The notes under the pieces are model-generated. The model was not told the DNA's origin and did not search any database. It saw only the letters and a list, made by a program, of their open reading frames with translations. The position numbers and the translations under genes were made by a program. Of a stretch of 64,000 nucleotides of DNA, positions 58,611 through 64,000 are shown in pieces. The first letter of the stretch is position 1. Each line of letters starts with the position of its first letter. This stretch comes from Malacoraja senta (taxonomy: Eukaryota): positions 434,001 through 498,000 of the forward strand of contig JAXLNO010002694.1 in NCBI GenBank assembly GCA_038087875.1. Direction: 5' to 3'.

Positions 58611-61180
58611 TTTTAGCACCATCACCGCCATCATTTGTCCTGCCCCCAGCACCAGCTTAACTGGGTCCCCTGCGAGGAATTTACTACATTTTTCACCAGC
58701 AAGGTAAAGAACATAAGAACGAATATATCCCCTCCCACCCGTGACCTGGCACCTGGCTGTCTCATTGGTCTGTTCTTCAAAATTAGATTGTTTCCAACCC
58801 GTTACTCTACCCTCCCTTGTAAAACTGTTCACCACCATGAAACCTACTACCTGCCCGCTCGACACTGTCCCCTCTGCCCTCCTAAAGAACATAATTACAA
58901 TAGCCGGTCCCAGCATCCTCGCCATCTTCAACAGTTCTCAGGCCACTGGCACTGTACCTACCTGCTTCAAGCATGCGGTGGTCCAGCCACTCCTGGAAAA
59001 ACCTAACCTCGAGCCCACCTTGCCAAGCAACTACAGACCCATTTCTAAACTGCCTTTCCTCTCAAAAGCCCTTGAAAAGGTAATTTTAAGTCAACTTTTG
59101 CCTTACCTTCACCAAAATACTATCGGAAACTTTCCAATCAAGTTTCAGGGCTCAGCACAGAGTCTGCCTTGTTGAAGGTACATAATGATCTACTGCTCAC
59201 CATTGACTCCGGCGACTGTGCAATCCTGCTCCTTCTCGACCTCAGCGCAGCATTTGATACTGTCGACCACACCATCCTAATTGACCGTCTCCGGAACGGG
59301 GTTGGTATTGATGGCACTGCCCTGAGATGGTTCATCTCCTACCTCAAAGGTAGGAGTTTCTCTACTAACATAGGCAACTCTTTCTCCTCCCCAGCTAGTG
59401 TCTGCTGTGGGGTTCCACAAGGTTCCATCCTTGGCCCCATTCTCTTCTCCCTGTATATGCTCCCCTTAGGCCAAGTCAGTGAAAGGCACAGCATTTCCTT
59501 CCATGCTACGCAGACGATACACAACTCTATCTCCCCCTGAAGCCCAAAAACCAATCAAATCTGCTTAACCTTACCCGCTGCCTCGAGGATATAAAGTGTT
59601 GGATGGCCCAGAACTTCCTCCAACTAAACGAGAGTAAGTCTGAGGTCATCCTTCTCAGCCCCTCGGACTCAATCAAAATGATAGCAGGCAGCCTTGGAAG
59701 CCTTACCACACTACTCATGTAGATAGGGTGGTAAAGAAAGCTTTTGGTGTGCTGGCCTTTATAAATCAGAGCATTGAATATAGAAGTTGGGATGTAATGT
59801 TAAAATTGTACAAGGCATTGGTGAGGCCAATTCTGGAGTATGGAGTACAATTTTGGTCGCCTAATTATAGGAAGGATGTCAACAAAATAGAGAGGGTACA
59901 GAGGAGATTTACTAGAATGTTGACTGGGTTTCAGCAACTAAGTTACAGAGAAAGGTTGAACAAGTTAGGTCTATTCTTTGGAGCGCAGAAGGTTAAGAGG
60001 GGACTTGATAGAGGTCTTTAAAATTATGAGCGGGTTAGACAGAGTGGACGTGGATAAGCTTTTCCCATTGAGAGTAGGGAAGATTCAAACAAGGGGACAT
60101 GACTTGAGAATTAAGGGACAGAAGTTTAGGGGGAACATTAGGGGGAACTTCTTTACTCAGAGAGTGGTAGTTGTGTGGAATGAGCTTCCAGTGGAAGTGG
60201 TGGAGGCAGGTTCGATGTTATCCTTTAAAAATAGATTGGATGGGTATATGGACGGGAAAGGAATGGAGGGTTATGGTCTGAGTGCAGGTAGATGGGACTA
60301 GGGGGAAGTATTTATTTTTAATTTAAAAAAATAAAATTAAAAAAAAAGATTTTAAATGTTCGGCACGGACTTGAAGGGCCGAGATGGCCTGTTTCCGTGC
60401 TGTTATGGTTATATGGTTACTCAAACCTCACGTCAAAAACCTTGACGTGATATTTGACTCAGCACTGAAATTTGACAAAAAAGTCAATGCCGTGGTAAAA
60501 GCTAGCTTCTTTCAGCTTCGGACGATAGCTAAAATAAAACAATTACTCCAGTTTGATGACCTCGAAAAGATCATCCACACATTTATCTCCTCCCGCCTAG
60601 ATCACTGCAACTCCCTTTACACTGGCATCAGCCAATCTTCCCTGTCCCGCCTGCAACTGGTCCAAAACGCCACAGCGAGACTCCTGACGGGCACCTGAAA
60701 AAGGGACCACATCACCCCGATCCTGGCCTCTCTCCACTGGCTCCCTGTGCGGTTCCGAATAAATTTCAAGATCCTCCTTTATGTCTACAAAGCCCTCAAT
60801 GGGCTTGCCCCCACCTACATTAAAAGTCTGCTCACCCACCACTCCACCTCCAGGCCCCTCAGATCGGCCGACTTGGGGTTGCTGAATATCCCGCGGTCTA
60901 GGCATAAGCTCAGGGGCGACCGCGCCTTTGCGGTTGCAGCTCCTAGACTGTGGAACAGCATCCCTCTTCCCATCAGAACTGCCCCCTCCATCAACTCCTT
61001 TAAGTCGAGACTAAAAACTCATCTGTACTCCCAAGCCTTTCTTGACGTCCTCTGAGCGAGGGCTATATGTATATATGTATGTAGTTTGTTTGTTATAGTA
61101 TCCTTATACCAATGTAAAGCACTTTGGCCAACGAGTTGTTTTTTAAATGTGCTATATAAATAAATGTGACTTGACTTGAC
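58611..61180 (+). mobile_element. L2-clade LINE (5'-truncated, decayed ORF2), inserted into a SINE of unit 2
   Basis: TCPLDTVP..., [59 protein letters not shown], and a (GACTT)n tail. Empty site at about 55350. Confidence 0.92.
59717..60417 (+). mobile_element. Young CR1 3' fragment nested in the L2
   Basis: Nearly identical to the reverse complement of about 35415-36125. TSD tactc at 59712-59716 and 60418-60422. Confidence 0.92.
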
Positions 61181-62899
61181 TGTGTGCGTGTAGGATAGTG
61201 CTAGTGTACAGGGCGAATGCTGGTCGTCGTGGACTCGCTGGGCCGAAGGGCCTGTTTCCGCGCTGTATCTCTAAACTAAACTAATCTCCCATGAGTGATT
61301 TTTGTGCATGGGAATAAGATATATTGCTAAGTGCCTACTTAGAAATTAGGGAAAACAAGACTATTTTCCCCAGTGTGAAAATGTCTGTTGTCACTGGAGT
61401 TTTGGCTTTACCATTTGAGCCACTGTACTGCAGCTGGTTTAGTTTAGTTAGTGATACAGCACAGCATCTCTGGTTCCTTCGATGGAACCTGAGATGCGCC
61501 ACGTGGCAGCAGAAGGCTCCTGAGATGTGCCGCAGAGCCAAACGTCCCTGCCGATGTGCCCCCGAGAGTGAGGAGGCCCACCCTTAATAATCTTATATGT
61601 TTCAATAAGATGCCCTCTCATCCTTCTAAATTCCAGTGTATACAAGCCCAGCCGCTCCATTCTATCAACATATGACAAGCCGGCCATCCCGGGAATTAAC
61701 CTTGTGAACCTACGCTGCACTCCCTCATTAGTAAGAATATCTTTCCTGAAATTTGGAGACCAAAACTGCACACAATATTCCAGGTATAGTCTCACTAGGG
61801 CCCTGTACAACTGCAGCAGGACCTCTTTGCTCCTATACTCAACTCCTCTTGTTATGAAGGTCAACATGCCATTCGCTTTCTTCACTGCCTTCTGTACCTG
61901 CAACCAAGGCAGGTTGTAGTTTAAAGGTTATTTGGAGTTCATAGCACACAATAGCCGACTGGTTGTTGGGAAGTAGCTATTCCTGAACCTGGATGTTACA
62001 GTTTTTAGATTTCTATACCTTCTTGATGGCAGGAGGAAAAATGAAAGCCAGGCCAAGGTGGTATAGGTCCTTGATGATGCTGGCTGCCTTTTCGAGGCAG
62101 TGATTCCTATAGATCACTTCAATGGTGGGATGGTCAGTACCTGTAGTAGACATTTAGCTTAAAATCTGTCATTACAGTACCCATGATGGACCAGGTACTA
62201 TCATTTTTTCTTCTTTGTTCATGGACATACTGGGAAACGCAGGATCATGTGCAGGCAGAGGAGATAAGTTTATCTTGGCATCATATTCGATGTGGACATT
62301 GCGGGTCTAAGGGCCTGTTCCTGTGCTGTACTCTTCTATGTAAATGTCAGCAATGACCGAGGTAGCCACACCCCATGGAAGAGGATTAAACGAGACTGCC
62401 AGAGAAAATGGAAAATTGTTTAATTGACAAGATACGTTTGCAAAAGGGGAAATGTTGTCAAAGCTAAGAAGGGCATCGACCCGAAACGTAACCCATTCCT
62501 TCCATGCAGAGATGCTGCCTGTTCCGCTGAGTAACTCCAGCATTTTGTGTTTATCCAAGCTATAAAATGTAGGTTCTGCACAGATTCAACTTAGGCTGAA
62601 AGATATTTAAATATTTTGTAGCTTACAAATGCTGGGTGTTCAAGTCAAGTCAAGTTTTATTCGTCACTTGCACATAAAGTCGAAGTTAAATGAATTTGCT
62701 GAGTTCCTAGATGATGATCAACACATCATAAGCAACCGTTGGAGTGGGGTTCATTTTCAGACCTCTCACATGACACATTTGTTTCAGCCTCCATGGCAAC
62801 AAAAAGGTTGCAATGAACATTCACATCACTTCTGTCCTGTTCCTTCCTTATTTGAGGGTCTGGTGAAGGCGCATCATCATCAGTGCATGCCTCACACTC

Positions 62900-63360
62900 A
62901 CATAGAAACATAGAAAACAGATGCAGGAGTAGGCCATTAGGCCCTTCGAGCCAACACCCCCATTCAATATGATCATGGCTGATCATCCAAAATCAGTACC
63001 CCTGATTCCTGCTTTTTCCCCATATCCCTTGATTCCGTTAGCCCTATGAGTTAAATCTAACTCTCTCTTGAAAACATCCAGTGAATTGGCCTCCACTGCC
63101 TTCTGTGGCAGAGAATTCCACAGATTCACAACTCTCTGGGAGAAAAAGTTTTTCCTCATCTCAGGCCTCAGTCCCCTTATTCTTAAACTGTGACCCCTGG
63201 TTCTGGACTTCACCAACATCGGGAATTTTTTTCCTGCATTTAGCCTGTCCAATCCCTTAAGAATTTAATATGTTTCTATAAGATCCCCTCTCATCCGTTT
63301 GAATACCAGTGAATACGAGCCCAGTCGACCCATTCTTTCATCATAAGCCCAGTCAACCCA
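62900..63360 (-). mobile_element. CR1 3' fragment
   Basis: DRLNAGKKFPML.KSRTRGHSLRIR...LWNSLPQKAVEA, followed by the CR1 3'UTR. Confidence 0.85.
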
Positions 63361-64000
63361 TTCTTTCATCATCACCGATTGGATTACATGAATGAGCAGT
63401 CAGTCCCAATATGGTCAGCCTGGATAAGATGGACTGAAGGGCCTATTTCCATGCTGTACCTATGACTCTTGTGGATCTCCATTGGTTCTTTTGCCAATCT
63501 AAGTCCAGTCTCCATTTTCTTGGAGACACAAGACCTTCTAACCTCTCACCTCTGTTCATGGGTTCTGTTATTACCTAACTTTCTTATTAGATTCCAGTAT
63601 GGGAGCCTTTGTGTTCCTGGTCATCACCTTTCAGCAACCGTCTCCAACTTCACCTTGCTCCATCTGCCTTTTTTTTCTCCTGTCTACCTCCATCCATCAT
63701 CTACCTGCCTCTCAATGCCATCCCTCCCCATCCCCTACCTGTCTCCACATGTCATAGAGAGATGCAGCAGGGAAACAGGCCATTCAGCCCATCAGGTCTG
63801 TGCCGACCAGCAACCATCATCTACACTATTCCTTCATTAATCCCATTTTTATTCTCTTCACGTTCCTATCAACTCCCCCCCACATTCTACCACAAGGGGT
63901 GATCATTACAAGGGATGTAATGCTATGGCGCTATATGCTACTGGTAAGGCCGCATTTGGAATATTGTGAGCAATTTTGGGCACCATATCGGAGGATGGAT

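Larger units (their letters stand above)
56403..62232 (+). repeat. Unit 2 of the tandem duplication (internal deletion plus L2/CR1 insertion)
   Basis: 56403-57700 matches 48888-51495; 57700-58530 matches 54380-55200; 61180-62232 matches 55355-56401. Confidence 0.85.

Overview
Eukaryotic, repeat-rich window. Its repeats (CR1, V-SINE/HE1-like SINEs, Penelope-derived elements) and its beta-2-microglobulin sequence point to a cartilaginous fish, probably a skate or ray (inference). Host genes: (1) a complete four-exon beta-2-microglobulin gene (B2M, + strand, CDS 42548-48230, 111 aa) with an S-X1-X2-Y promoter module; (2) a cluster of NAT8/camello-family GNAT N-acetyltransferases, with two intact single-coding-exon genes (11783-12502 +, 21348-22067 -) and at least four pseudogenes or remnants, arranged in a large diverged inverted duplication (about 5153-12750 vs 21140-27379). 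A 200-N gap (28707-28906) separates the NAT8 cluster from B2M. Downstream of B2M is a diverged tandem duplication (48888-56402 vs 56403-62232). The rest is mostly transposon-derived: Tx1, L1, CR1, L2, Crack/Daphne-like, RTE and Rex1 LINEs, Gypsy fragments, a hAT non-autonomous element with an 8-bp TSD, SINEs, and Penelope fragments carrying hammerhead-ribozyme cores. All alignments, counts and coordinates were done by eye. Repeat boundaries are approximate, about +/-20-50 nt unless a TSD is given.
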